From NCBI RefSeq assembly GCF_009914755.1, contig NC_060933.1: 64,000 nucleotides of DNA; one strand, written 5' to 3'. The position numbers and the translations under genes are program-made. The number at the start of each line of letters is the position of its first letter. The stretch's first letter is position 1. Below the pieces are notes generated by a model. That model searched no databases, had not been told where the DNA came from, and saw only the letters and a program-made list of their open reading frames with translations. Below are positions 15,497-31,523 of this stretch, one piece after another. The DNA comes from the human T2T-CHM13v2.0 reference genome, Homo sapiens.

Positions 15497-15801
15497 AGTC
15501 TGGGCGTGGTGGCTCACACCTGTAATCCCAGTACTTTGGGAGGCCAAGGCAGATGGATTGCTTAAGATCGGGAGTTCAAGACCAGCCTGGACAACATGGC
15601 AAAACCCTATCTCTATAAAAAATACAAAAATTAGCTGGGTGTGTGTTGGTTGAGGGGGGTGCCTGTAGTCATAGCTACTTGGGAGGCTAGAGTGGGAGGA
15701 TCACTGAACCCAGGGATGTCAAGGCTGCAGTGAGCTGTGATCACACCACTACACTATTGCCTGGGTAACAGAGTGAGACCCTGTCTCCAAAAAAAAAAAA
15801 A
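15497..15801 (+). mobile_element. AluJ
   Basis: AluJ-type GGGAGGATCACT...GTCAAGGCTGCAGTGAGCTGTGAT and TSD TAAGCTT. Confidence 0.9.
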
Positions 15802-17031
15802 TAAGCTTTAGCAACTATCTCCCTGGTTTACAATAGCAATGACATGAGCAGCCCAAGGAAAAGCAGAAAGTACTACCTTTAAAAAAAAAAGTGTATGACT
15901 GTTATTAATTATAGCATTTGATAGCCTGGCCAGTGTGTGTTGAAAAGATTTGGTAAACGTATGTGGAGGAGGAGAATTAAGTAAGCAATGAAAGCCAGAT
16001 GCTGAAAATGAAGGAAATTCCAAGCAATTTCTGCAGCTTTGTTCTAACATACTTTTTAAACTAAACTTTTATTTCTGTGCAACAGAGAACAGCTGAGTGG
16101 TACAGAATAGATAAACAGGGAAGGGAGAAAAAGCTCATAATTCCAGGAACAGTACTTGGTTTCTGCCCTCCCCCTGCCCCAGCCCCAGTCTCTTTTCTCA
16201 GACCTAGGATGGTTCTTAGAACCAGCAAGAGCTATAAACGAAGCTTGAGAATCCCTGTTTGAAAGGAGAGAGTTAAGAAACACGTCTGAAAGGTCACAGA
16301 GTCTTCTCTTTAAAAGCATACTTCAGAATGCCTATTTTATTATACACTAACAAAATCCATGTATACTAGCAGCAAATGATTTCCAATTTCCAATTTTCTT
16401 TTATATTAGCTTACAATGGCTAGAGCAGAAGGTGCTGCCTTTTAACACAATCATATTTTAATTTATTTGATGGAGCTTTCAAAGCCTTGCAGGCTCTTCC
16501 TCTCTGACAACTTGTTTTAAAGGTTACTGTTTCAACATGCTCTTGAAATATTGGTTTATCTTCTGCTGTACTCCTAAATTTCCATACGCTGCCTTTTGGC
16601 TCTGTCCACACTAACTTTTAAGTGCTTAAAGCAAAAGTACACCAGAGCTCACTGGCATCCACAGAAATTGAGTCCATATCCAGGCGCCTTTGAAGAGTTA
16701 ATGCTGTTACTACTGTCATCCCCCTTGGTAAATTCAGATGTACTTACACTGTCTCTCTGTTTTCTTCCATTGATGGATAGGAATCTGCCATAGCCTGTTC
16801 CTTAATGGTTGGGCCTGACTGGGCCAGTGGGAGTCTCTTTTGTTTCTCTAGTGGGACTGTATTGGCCCAGTGATCACAAATGTCCCCAGCAGCATTTTGA
16901 CATCAACAAGGGTAAAGGTTATATGTTTATTTGCCTCAGGGCTAAAATGTTTATTTTTCCTAGATATTCTTTTCCATGTGTGAGCATGTGTGACCATGGA
17001 AAGGAATATCTTTACATCACCTGTTACATCA

Positions 17032-17457
<426 letters not shown>

Positions 17458-17809
17458 TCAAGGGGTTAGGTCTACCTTCCCATCATGTCACCTGAAAGCA
17501 TATATGATATGACTCATTCTAAAGAGATAGAAACATCAGCATTAGGAAAATCCATGCAATTACATCCTGAGAGGGAAGCTTTTCTGGTTTCTTAACATCT
17601 ATGTGATCGGACAGCACTTTAGACCACATAATTCTGCCTAGACTCTGGGAAATGTCTTTATATAGACCGTTGGTTAACGTTAACTTTCTGCACAAATATT
17701 AAAGCAGAGAGTGTTTTTGCATCCCAATTCAGAGAAAAAAAAAACACACACACACACATAACAAGCATCTTTGTGTCTGCTTGTATTTGGTTGTCACGGA
17801 TAACGAGAA

Positions 17810-18215
17810 GACAAAACCCTGTCCTAAAGGAGTTACCAGTTAATAGATGAAGAAGATTTAAAAATAGTAACTTTATGAATAGGGCAAGCATGGAGTTCGG
17901 TGGAAGCTTGAGGCTGAGAGAAGGCTTCCTGGAGGAGGCAATGCCTATGCTGAATGGTAAGGCCTAAGTAGGAGTTATCCAAATGAAGAAGGAAGATGTT
18001 GCAGGCAGAAGGAAAACCATGAGCACAAAATGAAGGACAAAAAGTGGAAGCCAGTGTTAGAGAGTGGACGGAGGCCAGATCCAGGAGAGTCCTGTGTGCC
18101 AAGTTAAGTTGTTTAGACTTTATGTCCTATGGGCACTGAAGAGCCATTGAAGGATATTAGCCAGGGGTGTGGAACCGTCAGATTTGCTTAGAGAAAGATG
18201 AGTCTGGCTGCTCAT
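17810..18215 (-). mobile_element. L2 fragment
   Basis: GAAGGCTTCCTGGAGGAGG...GAGCCATTGAAGGAT...AGATTTGCTTAGAGAAAGAT, typical of antisense L2. Confidence 0.65.
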
Positions 18216-20553
18216 CCAAGAAAGCTAAACTCTGAAAATGGTGGTTAGCTTTTACTGTAGGCACGTTTCCTTTTTCTCATGTAGAGTCAAAAATAAATAG
18301 TGTGCTCTGTGTGATCTGGACCATAACATTTTTTCATTGAAAAATTAATGCCCTCCTATCCCAGGTATGTTCACATTGTGATTGCTCCTATGATCAACCC
18401 AGTGCATGTTGACTTGGCCTAGCCACCTGGCAGGAGGAGGATACAGCCCCAAGGAAGGGTGTCAGGGCGTCATGAGTGTTGCAGCTATCTGATCCCTGGC
18501 GGCCTTTCCAGCTCTAATATTCTGTGATTCTTTGAAGGTAATGATAATTATCCACAGAATTGAAGCTTTTCAACAAAGAAGGAACAATTCTAATCAGAAA
18601 AATACCTTGAGTCAAATTTAAGTTCCAAAGACAAAGCACCTCTATTAGTTACAAAACAGGAACTGGCTTTAACTATAAAGAGCCACGAGAAGTCTGCAGG
18701 GAGCAAGACCTACCTGGCCATAAGAAAAATGTAGGTGAAAGCATTCAGGCAGCAAGGATGGCTCAACATTGAAATGCTGAATGTTTTTATAATGCCTTAA
18801 TGGTGTTTGTTTATGTGTAAAGGGATACAAATATCCTGCATCCGTCCATTTATAATGTTACGCTGCCCTTTAAGATAACTAGAATTTCTCTTCCTTCAGT
18901 CTCCACTGAACAAATGTCTATTGAATGCCTGCATTGTGCCAAGCATTGTGTGGGAGATACAGTAATGAACAAGACCCACTTTGTTCCCTGCAGCAGCCAA
19001 AGCCGGAGTTTGGGAATGGTCCTGGAGGGGTCACTCTATTTTCTAAATCTTGGATGCCTTAAGTGCTGCTCTTCTTAAGACACTTATTATCTTAAGCCTC
19101 CTGAGTTCTTCATTGCACTAAGAGTTGATGTATCTGTACCAGTTATCAACCTCATTGTTCATAAGCACCATGAGAATGGAAATATCACCAGCAGATAACT
19201 TTCTTCTGTGGATATGGTGATGAAACATTGGAGTTTTATAGTTCAAAACCTTCCAGCTTACAAATCAATCAACAGTAGCAGAGTGGAGTTTCCCAAAATA
19301 AATCTTTTTTTTTTCTAAGTTTTTTGCTTTCCTTACAATCTAGTGTTTCCAAAGTCCTAAGGTAACAATTTAAGAGCAGGCAATAATTTGGCTGATGCTT
19401 TGAAATGATGATTATTGCTTCCTAAGTATACAAGATGCCTTCTTTGGAAATTTTGAGCAGAAGTCCTCATGAACAATTTGACGAGAAGAGTTTTTCTATT
19501 GACCTTATAGTTAGAAATATGCTATATTACTATGTTCCTTAAACTTGGAAAACAAAGTAGGAAAAGGACTTGAGAAAGAGGTAGAGAAAAAGAGATGTTT
19601 AAGTGACATAAAAATGAGGGAGTGAAAAAGAGAATGCTCTGATTTGTATCCAGTAATCTGGCCGATACAGTTCAGGAACAGTTCATACTTGTGAAAATAT
19701 TATTCCTGTCATGGCGCCAGCCAAGGTTAGGCAGTTCTTAGGTTATCTGCTGCAGGTGCAGAAAGATCTGTCACAAAGCAGAGCCCAGCCAGCTACCTTC
19801 TTTTTCATAGTGAATTCTTCCGTCATTCATGTCTTTTCCATTCCCTTTCTCTTCTTCATTTTATCTAGTTATCTTTATCCAGGGCTGCAGTGCACTTAGG
19901 TGTTTATGTCAGGGACACAAGGAAACCTAAGGGAAGAATGATTGTCACTGCATTAACACAGCTCCCAGACCTGTAGATGCTCATTACCTTCTCATGAGGC
20001 TTCAATTTTTACATGGGGAGTTACTGTCCTTGAGGCCTAGACACGCACAGACACAGGCCGTGGGCTGCATGCTGGAACAGCTGAAAGTGGTGTCTTCTCT
20101 GTAACTTACTGCTATTGACTCTGGTCACTGAGTGGATAGACACAGACACCTTTTCGGCTGCCTAAAGGAGCTACTATGTGATTCACAGAGGTAGAAAGGG
20201 CCCTCTGCCCGAGTTGCCTGGAGCTTGACACTTACTCCACTATTAGTGAGGCTGTTAAATACCAAGCCGTGACTTATTTTGATCATATATATGCCTCTAG
20301 AAGAGATGGCTGATGGTCATCTCAGCATGGTTTTTCTTTTTTTACCAGATATGATTTTTCCCAATGGGGGAATCTTGGCAATTTTTAAGAATTGGGGAAT
20401 TTCAGGAGGACAAGACCAAGAGGAGACTTGGCAATGTCAAAGCTAAATATTCCCCACCAGGAGTAGAGATACTGCCTGGAAAAAAAGAAATATCATAGGG
20501 TTTTAAGATCAGACAGATGTTGGCTTTCTCACTTGCTCTGTAGCATGGGCTGG

Positions 20554-21259
<706 letters not shown>

Positions 21260-23284
21260 GCTGGCCACGTTACCTCTCTAAGACTCAGTTTTCCTTATCT
21301 GTAAAACAAAGATAATTATCCCAACCACAGAGCAGGGTTGGTAAGGATGATCGCATATGTAAAACACTTAGCTAGTTCCTACCTCATATAGCAGGCACTG
21401 ATATAAATAAGGATTTGCTAACACTCTTACTTTTCTATGCAGGAAACCATATGATATAGACCTTCATAATAATTTTATACTCACCGAGTTTATTCTGAAA
21501 TTTTCTTAACCCACTAGTATGGGGCAGGGTAAAGCGAAGCTATGGATAGAACCTAGCTTCAAGCCAGCTTTCTGTACAGCCCTCACCAGATCTCTTAGGC
21601 AGTTAGACAACAGGAAGCAGGGCAGCTTGTCATCATGGGGTCCTGAAAAAGGAGTACTTGTTGGGACATTCCATTTAATGTTGACACCTAATCCAATAAG
21701 GTGTGTTTTGTAAGTACCATAATGAGATGATAAAATGGTAGCAGGGGAGACAGAGTCCAAAGGGTCATTAAAAAGTTAATATCCTGTGTGACATGACTGA
21801 AGGGAGGAAGGTCCTTTGACAAGAGGTGTGATCCTGAAATGAGCCGCTGTGTCCCGATGGCCAGAAAGGCCTGGGATAAGGCAGGAAGAAATCAGGAAGC
21901 GTCGATGAATTGTGTTATTCCTAGCGTTGTCTCCTCTAATGTTTGTGGGAGGGAAGAAGAAGAAAGTGAGGAAGGAAAGAAGGAACAAAGAGAGTAAAGG
22001 AAAGAAAAGAAGGAAAAAAGGAAAAGCCACATCATGGTAGAGTTAAGGCACAGGGCATCTTGTCCCCATATCCTTGCTGACCTTCACAGGTCATCTTTGA
22101 GCAAGGTATGGCTTCCCTAATAGCTTCTATTTATTAAGCACTTACAATATGCATGGCACAGTGCCCATCACTTTATATACATTATTTTGATTAATCTTAC
22201 CCACAATTTTATGAGAATGATTCCATTCCTATCCTAACTTTACAGCTGAGGAAACAGTCTTTAGTGAGATATCTTGTAACTAGCCAGTGGCAGGTCCAAA
22301 CTTGGAACAAGGTATATTTAATTCCAAAGCAGTTACTGAGAACCTGAGGCTGTCTGTCCCTCTGTCACTGTGTTTACAGATCCATCCATCACCCCATCTG
22401 TCTCTCACACTGTCCTGGGTACTGTGCTGTAACCGTGGGAATGACCACAGTGTAAAGAACCAACTCTAGTCTCATAGCAGCGTACAACCTAGTAAACTTC
22501 ACAAGTTAACAAGGTCTGCTTTCTTCATCTCTATCAGATAACCTTCATCTTATACTCTCAGTTACCAAAAGTAGGACTAGGCTCTTGGAGAAAGTGAGCA
22601 TTTGAAAGACAGAGTAAAAAATTCATTAGAGTACAGATTTCTCAGAGCAGAGCCCAACACATAGGAAATGAAGCATGCTAAAAGAGGAGTCTAATAGAGC
22701 TAAAGTGAATGTCTTCAACCCCACCACTGAGTTATTGGGCAAAAAGCTCATTTCCTTAAAAAAATAGAAAGAAATACTAAGACATGCAGAGAGGTGCTTT
22801 GCTTATAGATCTGGAAGAAGCTTTGTATCTTTGTTCTGCCACTGGCTTAGCTTATGCTTTGGTGATGCTTGTTCATGTTGTAAATTACCGACACCACCAC
22901 TCCCCCCACACACACACTCACTCGCTCACTCTCTCTCTCTGCCCCCCACCCCACTTCTCTTCTCTTTCCCCAGTGCAAACCTGGGTCCTTGCCTCCTTTT
23001 CTGTGCTACTCTCTTTCTGACTTTCCTAGTGCCTGTTCCCTCTCTCCCCTGAAGACTTATTCTCAGTCACCTTGCCTTTTGACTACCCAAATTCCCAGCT
23101 GACCCTTCTCTGTCACTTGTACGGGGTACAGTCTTCTCACTTCCTTCAACTCTTTTTTTCTCACTCTCCACCACCCCCACCCCCATTCATTCAACTCAAC
23201 TCAGCTAAGAATTAGGAAAACAAAACTACCTAAACTAATTCACACTAAGGTGTAAATGACTGATTCCTATCCCTTTATTCCAGC

Positions 23285-23490
23285 TGTGAGAGCATGGGCT
23301 TATAAGTCCCGTAAATCAGGGTTAAAATCCAATTCATATAGTATGCTGCCTCTTTGGCCTTGGGCAGGTTGTTGAACTTCTCAGGGCTTCAGTTTCTTCC
23401 TCTTTAACCCCAGAGAGTGGTTGTGAGGAGAAGTGTGTTAAGCGCTTAGCACAGTGCCTCGCTCATACTAAGTACTCTATGAATGGTAAT
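23285..23490 (+). mobile_element. MIR
   Basis: GGCCTTGGGCAGGTTGTTGAACTTCTCAGGGCTTCAGTTTCTTC...AAGCGCTTAGCACAGTGCCT. Confidence 0.65.
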
Positions 23491-25014
23491 AGAGATTAGT
23501 TTTGGGTTTTGTAGGGTATTTTACGTATCTTTGTAAGAAGCAGTCCTTGATTGGAGGATGTAGGTGATCTGTGTGTACTTTAGAAAACTGTGTTCTCACC
23601 TTTTTTCCTGAAGAAAAGACAGGCTCCATTATAGAGGAAAGGGACTGCCCAGTCTAGACCAAGAATGCCCAGCCTTCATTATCTCCTCCTATTTGCTCTA
23701 ATCCTTGGGAGGGTGGGCATTTTCTACTGGTTAAGAGAAAATCCAGCACAGCTCAGCAAACATTTATAAAATTCTTACTGTGTCATAGGTTCTGGAGAAA
23801 CAATAAAGTCTAGGACATAGACCCTGGGCCGCGCACTAACAGCTTATTAGGAAACCAGTATACAAACAGTTACAAGGCAGAGCCATAACAGTCATGTTAG
23901 AGATATCAGCCAGTGTCTTATGGAAACACAGAGATGATGGATTCACCTAATCCAGGTTAGAGAAGGTGACCTTGAGAAGGTAACCACGAGCTGAGTCTCT
24001 TGTTCTTAGAGCTGGTAAAATATTTTTTCTTAAAAATCTAATCACACGTGTGATTGATATACTAATTAGATATTCCCCCAGAGTCCCAATCCAGGCTTTC
24101 CAAGAAACCTCAGGGCAGTTTTGTGCTGTGCCTTCCATCCCCTTTCAGTCTTCCAGGTAAGCCTAAAATTGCTTGATTCCACTGTGTAAGAGTATCTCTA
24201 GTTACTCTCAGTGACCAGGAAGCTGATAGATTTTTGTCCTGTAACCACATAATGCAATAATCATTATGCCAACTGTTAAAAATGGATCAAATTAACTTTT
24301 ATTAAACCTCTGTCCCTATGGACAACACTGGAACTTGAAGCCTCACAATTTATCTATAGCTTTCATGTGTTCTCCAAGGTACCATGCTGCCTCAGACACC
24401 TCTCATGGCTCAGGACATGCAAGAGAGAGACCAAGAAGACAGGGAAATGTATTTATGTTGCATTTCAGGCAATGGTGAAAAACTATGGAAGACAGAAGGA
24501 CCACATGGTTCATGCAATCCCAATGACTTGCCGTCTCCCTCAGCAGTAAACTCAAGAACTCTTGGGTTAGAATGTTTTGCGAAGTTTTCTGAGTTCCGTG
24601 AAACTAGGTGTTATAGAAGTATAAGATACTGAATTATTGCTCTCTCCTTATTTCTTGTTTTAAGGCATCCCTTCATCCCTTGCCACATGAGATATTTCAA
24701 AGGGTTGGTTTTCAGAGCCCCACTATCTGATCAGTCTTCAAAATGCTTGCTTATTGTGCAGATGTCATTGGAAGATTTGCTTAACACAGAGAAACAGCAA
24801 TGCTACAGAGACCTCTCAGATGTGGAATGGACATTCAAGTTGTTTTGAAGTTTAAAGAGTAAAAGTGTCAGGAAATGTATACTCTGGCATTAGTAAAACC
24901 CCACATGTCAAACATGGGTTACCCCTTTATCAGAGTCAAAAGTGTAAATGGGAGGACACCGTAGATCATTACTGAATGTGCTCAGGATGCTCTTTGAGAA
25001 GTCAGACGGCATTC

Positions 25015-25121
25015 TTTTTTCTTTTTTTTTTTTTTTTTTTGAGACAAGGTCTTGCTCTGTCGTCCAGGCTGGAATGCAGTGGTGTAATCATGGCTGACTA
25101 CAGCCTCAACCTCCTGGGCTC
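25015..25121 (-). mobile_element. Truncated AluJ/FLAM fragment
   Basis: Poly(T) followed by GAGACAAGGTCTTGCTCTGTCGTCCAGGCTGG...CTCCTGGGCTC. Confidence 0.85.
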
Positions 25122-26211
25122 ATAAAGCTTATGTAACTGATGCACTTACTGGGGAAATTCTCTCAAATTAAAAAAAAAAAAAAATGTGTAGGTGGGCAAC
25201 AGACCCCCCACCTCCTTCTACCATACTTTTCCTGCCTCAACTTCCACCCTAGACTAGTATGCCAACAAAAATCAGAGAATGTGATGAACAGAGTTTGCAC
25301 AGTTTTAAATATCATCATGCTGTAGAAAACCACAGAAGGAAACTGATATAAACAAGACATTTATTGATGTAAAGCCACCAAAACTAGACTATTTATCAAT
25401 GTTGCTTTCATGAGAAAATGATGCCAAAATTCTAATATGAAGTAGAGGCTGCTTTGGAGCCAGATCTCCCTCACAAGATGCGCCCCACTGTCCAGTTTGA
25501 CTCTGTGGCTTTCGGGGGTTAGGGAGCATAAACGGTAGGCCATTTGTTCGCAAGTGAGGGGAGACAAGTGAGTAAGATGACAGTTTGGGGGACAGGAATG
25601 CTTCCATTTCTCTCTTCTTTTTTCTGTGTTACCTGCTAGGTACTACCATAGGCCTTGGGAAGGCACATCCCAGGCACACCTAGAAACACCTTATGTGAAA
25701 ATGGATAGTGTCAGGCACTTTATCTTTAACTTAATAGAAGTTGACAATATAACTGACCCATGGTGGAGTGAAGTGAAACCACATGTGGGCTGGATTGACC
25801 CTCCCTTGATCTAGAAAAGAAAAAGTGCTGTTTTCCAGCTCACCCTTGCATACCTAACTCCTCCAGCAGGGTAGCTCTGCATGACAAGGTTGGCAAGAGG
25901 TAGACTACTTTTTACCACACATGGTCTTACTGCAGTTGTGTGTTTGTATGTGTGTAGAAAGTGGTCCCATGGATTATATTCCTTTCTCTTAACATATACA
26001 AAAATAATGTTGAAGTCTGATATATTTGAAAATATCTTGCTACATTGTTTCATCCTCAAATGTGTAAAATTATCTTTCCATTGTCTCTCTGTGCAGAGGT
26101 AAACTTTAAATGGAAGCCTACCCCAACATTTATGCCATTTCCATAACTGTGTAATTATTTGCTACTTACCACATTTTGGGAGCCCCAAAACCCTCCTCTG
26201 TAAGCAGACTA

Positions 26212-26692
<481 letters not shown>

Positions 26693-27139
26693 TCACCAGT
26701 GAGTCCATGATCTTCAAGAGGCCTTGGGATTCCTTCACTTCTAGTGATTGAGGGATGATTGTCACATGAAGAACTTGGTGCATGTCAAACTCTCATCACT
26801 TCCCAATAGGCTTTATTGGCACTATTAGTCCTATCGATACCAAAAGATCATATGGCTTCATTCTTTATATTCCAAAAAGCCAGAGTGGTAAGAAGTTTAG
26901 CTGAAAGATGTGTCTAGAATCTAAAAATTTGACAAATGAGTCTCCCTTAGTGACTAGGGTTGTAGAATCCCAGAATGTAATTCAGTTAAATTCTCCCATT
27001 TTATCTGTGAGAAAAGAGAGGCAAATGTATTAAGCAACTTGTCCAAATAGACACTGGCTGGCAAAGCTCAAAGCCTGAAAAGTAATGTTTTCCAATTTTG
27101 AGCTCAGTGTTTATCATAAACTGGAAGAACCAAGAGCTC

Positions 27140-27360
27140 CTTTAGTGATTCGGAATGTAGTATCTAGAGCCAGACTTCCTGAGTTCAAATCCTGGCTCCA
27201 CCACTTACTGTGTCCTTGAGCAAGTCATTTAACCCCTCTCTGTCCTCATTTGCTTATCTATAAGATAAAGATTTTTAAAAGTACCTACCTCATAGGGGTT
27301 TTGTGCAGATAAATGAATTAATATATGTTAAGCATTCATGTGAGTTCCTGGTTAATTAAG
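27140..27360 (+). mobile_element. MIR
   Basis: GAGTTCAAATCCTGGCTCCACCACTTACTGTGTCCTTGAGCAAGTCATTTAACC. Confidence 0.75.
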
Positions 27361-28244
27361 AATAGATTCTATATTTGAGTGTTTCAGTTGCTAAAAATGC
27401 ACTAAGAGCTGGAATCAGGTGATAGAATAGGGGACCCAGATGGTCACTAGACATCATATATTTTTCACTAGGATAAGAAAGGATTTTCTTACAGCCGTGC
27501 TGTGAGAAGTTTTGCGTTTTCTCTATATCTTAGTCTTTAAAACTATGGAAAGGAATTGAGTATGATAATGCAGTTACCCCAGGTAAAAATCTTCTATGCT
27601 TTCAAACATGTGCGTAGCCATCAATAAGAAAAGGATTCCTTGCTATCTGAGAGTGAAAAGTAGAGGGTAAGGGGTCAACTAGACAATGAGAGTGGGAAAG
27701 AAAGAAGATGGTTGCATTCATAGAGTTTGAGGATTTTTCTAGTAATTTAGTATAAAGGAATGAAAGTCAAGAAATAGGAATTCAGCTGACCTCCGTGTGG
27801 CTGGCTTGGGGTAGAAACACTCTCCATGTTTTTTTGCAACTTCTGTGTAATCCAGTGTTCTTATTCAGAATCTAATTGCTGAGTTGCCCCCACTGTTTCT
27901 GTTTTCCTAGCTGGAAAAATAGATAATCTGCTCTGAGGATCAGAGGGCAACTAGAAAATTCTCTGTGGCCTACAGAATGTGAGGCTGCATGAAGCAAAAC
28001 AATGAAATATTGTAAATGTGGGAGGCAAGCAAAATTAAATAGAAAAATAGTTACTCTAACTTGGGTATAGCAATAGCAGTAATTCCAAGCATAAGCAAAA
28101 AGGAACTCCAAAGACCAATTCTTTCTATTTTTCTCTCTTGTGTATGAGAAATATTATAACAATGATAGCAATAATAATGATGGCAGGTACCGCATGGTAT
28201 TTTGTTTCCAACACCTGTACAAGCTAGAGGCTAGCAGGGAAAAA

Positions 28245-28620
28245 CACAATTAAGAACTCTGGAGTGAGACTACTTAGGGTCAAATCCTAGATCTCTTACA
28301 ACTAGCTATGTGAACTCGGCCAAGTTACTTCAATTGCCCTATATATAAAATGGTATAATAATAGTACCTATATCTTAGGGTTGCCATGAGGATTAAAGGA
28401 ATTAGTACATGTGAAGTTCTTACAGCAGTACCCAGCACATAGCAAGCACCCAATAACTACTGGAAGCTATTATTGTAATTATTGTTATCATCCTTATTTT
28501 ATAGATAAATGAGTTGGCATTCAAAAAGGGTAACTTTCCCAAGGTCATAAAACACAGATGGAAGTGGATGGTATGTTGAAATTCAAAGTTCTGGGGCAGT
28601 CTGGTTCTTGACATTATGCT
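28245..28620. mobile_element. Two MIRs tail-to-tail (+ then -)
   Basis: + MIR at about 28245-28475 and - MIR at about 28480-28620 (CCTTATTTTATAGATAAATGAG...GGTAACTTTCCCAAGGTCATA). Confidence 0.65.
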
Positions 28621-29174
28621 CACATGTCTCCTACTTAGTAAATACAACTTAGGGATTTAGGCCAATTCATCAGTTCTATCAGATCCAAGTGTGTTTAAAA
28701 ATAGTGTCCCAGGGATAAAAGTCCTAGCAATAAATGAGAATCATGGATAATCAAAAACAAATGAGGGATTTAATAAGCCAATATAAATCCTAATATGAGG
28801 GTTTCAATTTATTCAGGCTTCATTCTGATAATAATCCCTTAACTCGCCCTGAGGTAACAAAACATCAAAGAGTAAAACATGCATTCTACATGAAGAGATC
28901 TTTGAACCTAACTTGAAAAATCAGTTTAGGTCACTTTTGTGTGGTCATATATAAAAACATTTGTGGAAAGCCTCATTCTCACTCCCCACGTCAACACCCT
29001 TTAGGGCTAGAAAGTGCAGGGGCTGCTGTTCCCCATATCCTGTGAATAGAACATCTGTGTGAATAGGAAGCCTGTGCAAACAGCAGGCACTGCCCACAGG
29101 GTTGTGTATGTGTATGTATCACGCATATGCATGTGTATCAATGCCTGTGTGTATATGTGTGTACATGTCTACTA

Positions 29175-29176
<2 letters not shown>

Positions 29177-29206
<30 letters not shown>
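29177..29206. repeat. (TG)n microsatellite within a longer alternating purine-pyrimidine tract
   Basis: About 15 TG units, with degenerate TG/TA alternation from about 29103. Confidence 0.95.
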
Positions 29207-29208
<2 letters not shown>

Positions 29209-29709
29209 TCCCCAGCCCTGAGGGAATTAATCACCCCTGCATCAATAGCTAGCTGCTTCGTCTCCTGTCTTCTCACATATCAAACTCCTGAGACAGAGAC
29301 AGGGAGATCTCTGCATGGGAAATGGCTTCATCTTTTGCATTCCTCTGCCAAGCCAGGCTTGAATTGGTTTCATGGTCTGCTTAAGCAGGGTTGAGGGCCT
29401 ACTTGAAGCAACATGTCACCCAGTGCTGTGTCCTGCCAAACTTCTCACTAAGGCTGGCAAATCTCGGGACAGACAGGAAAAGAGCCTGCTGGCCATTCCA
29501 GCACTCAGCGGATTAGGGGAGGTCAAGAAGCCTAATCTATGAGGCTGTGAGCTTGAACTGTAGTGAGCTGAAGTCACCTTTGTCATTAAGGGTTTGGCTG
29601 CCCAAAGCACCACTGCTTCCCAGTCTCCCCCACCCGCACCCACCCCTACATAATTATATCAAGGAGAGAAGAGAGGAGCAAGAACTAGAGTTTTCCAAGG
29701 ATTTACTAG

Positions 29710-30063
<354 letters not shown>

Positions 30064-30129
30064 TAGTCCTGAGCATGGGAATTTCAAAGTCCCAGTTCCC
30101 TGAAGGCTTCATGGAAGCATTCTTATACC

Positions 30130-30430
30130 TCATTCTGCCTGGAATACCTTCTTTTTACTTCTGCCTTTGCCTGGCTACCACTTATTCACCTGTCAAGACT
30201 CAGTCTGGATATCACCAATTTTAGGAAGCCATTGATGATACTACCTCATTCCTCTCAACTCCCAATCTATGATTCTGTCTTAGATTGTACTTATCTGCTT
30301 CATAGACTAGACTCTGTGCCCCAAGGAAATAGGGTAGAGGTCTGACTCATTTACTACTCTGTCTCCTTACATAAAGCCTGGCACACAAAAAGTGTTCAAT
30401 AAATACTAATTAAATGGATAAATAAATGAA
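30130..30430 (+). mobile_element. L2 3' end
   Basis: ACTAGACTCTGTGCCCC...GCCTGGCACACAAAAAGTGTTCAATAAATA...AAATGAAT. Confidence 0.7.
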
Positions 30431-30837
30431 TAGCATTTGTTACAGTATCTTATGGTTGTCTCTAAAAACCCGTAAAATCAAGAATATTTTGAAAATCTCT
30501 ATGTCCCAATCATTCAGCATAATTCTCAGTACATACTAGATTTTCAGCAAGTAAATGCATGAATACGAGTACACATACACATGTGAGTGGCTGAATAGAT
30601 GGGTAGAATTAAAAATAAAGTCTGTAAGACTGCAAAGACAATTATCATGAAAGGAAAGAGGAGGCAGAATCTTATAGAAGCTAATAGAATCAAAACTGTG
30701 GATCCTGACATGAAGACTGGCCTTCCCAGGCATTTCACTTGTAGAGAAAACTCATGAATATAAATGTCCAGAAAGATTTCTATTTGCAATGTAAATAGAT
30801 GGATTAAAAACTACTCAAAAGAACTAACTCAAGGGAG

Positions 30838-31523
30838 TGTATTAATCTGCTGGGGCTTCCATAACAAACAAACTGGGTGGGTTAGAATAATAGAAATGTA
30901 TTCCAAGACTAGTGTCTGAAATCAAAGTACGGACAGGGCCATGCTCCTTCTAAAACTTGTAGGAGTAGGGGCCTTCCTTGCCTCTTCCTATCTTCTGATG
31001 GTCTGCCAGCAATCTTTAGCATCTGTCAGCCTGTGAATGTGTCCCTCTAATCCTCCTTTGCATGGCTATCTTCCCCTCTGTGAATCTATGAATTTGCTTC
31101 CAGCTTTTCTTGTGTAGGGTGTTCTTCAGGTTGCTACTTCAAGGTCAAGGTCTGATTCAAGCCCTTCCTCTTCCAGCAGTGTTGCCCTCACCATCTCAAC
31201 TCATTCAACTCAACCCTCCTTGCAATTTGATTGGATTTACTGCCATTTACATTCTACAATACTTACTATGTGGCTGTTCTAAGTAGAGTGCTACAGCATC
31301 TTATCTGACGCATAGCCATCTTCCCCTCTGTGCATGTCTGTCATGGTGTCAAATTTCCCCTTTCATAAGGATACCATTCCTATTGGATTAGGATCCACCC
31401 TAGTGACCTCATTTTAACTTAATTATCTCCATAAAGGCCCTATTTCTAAATAAGGTCACATTCTGAGGTACTAGGAATTAAGACTAATATATCTTTTGCA
31501 GGAACACAATCCAACCCATAATA
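30838..31523 (-). mobile_element. MLT1 (B/C-like) solo LTR containing a 250-bp insertion
   Basis: TGTATTAATCTGCTGGGGCTTCCATAACAAA...TAAGGTCACATTCTGAGGTACTAGG...CAACCCATAATA, with TSD (G/A)GGAG. Confidence 0.85.

Noticed and set aside
21945-23180. Purine-rich (21945-22025) and pyrimidine-rich (22900-23180) tracts as H-DNA or cryptic acceptors
   Set aside because: Low-complexity sequence with no clear mirror symmetry and no convincing exon downstream.
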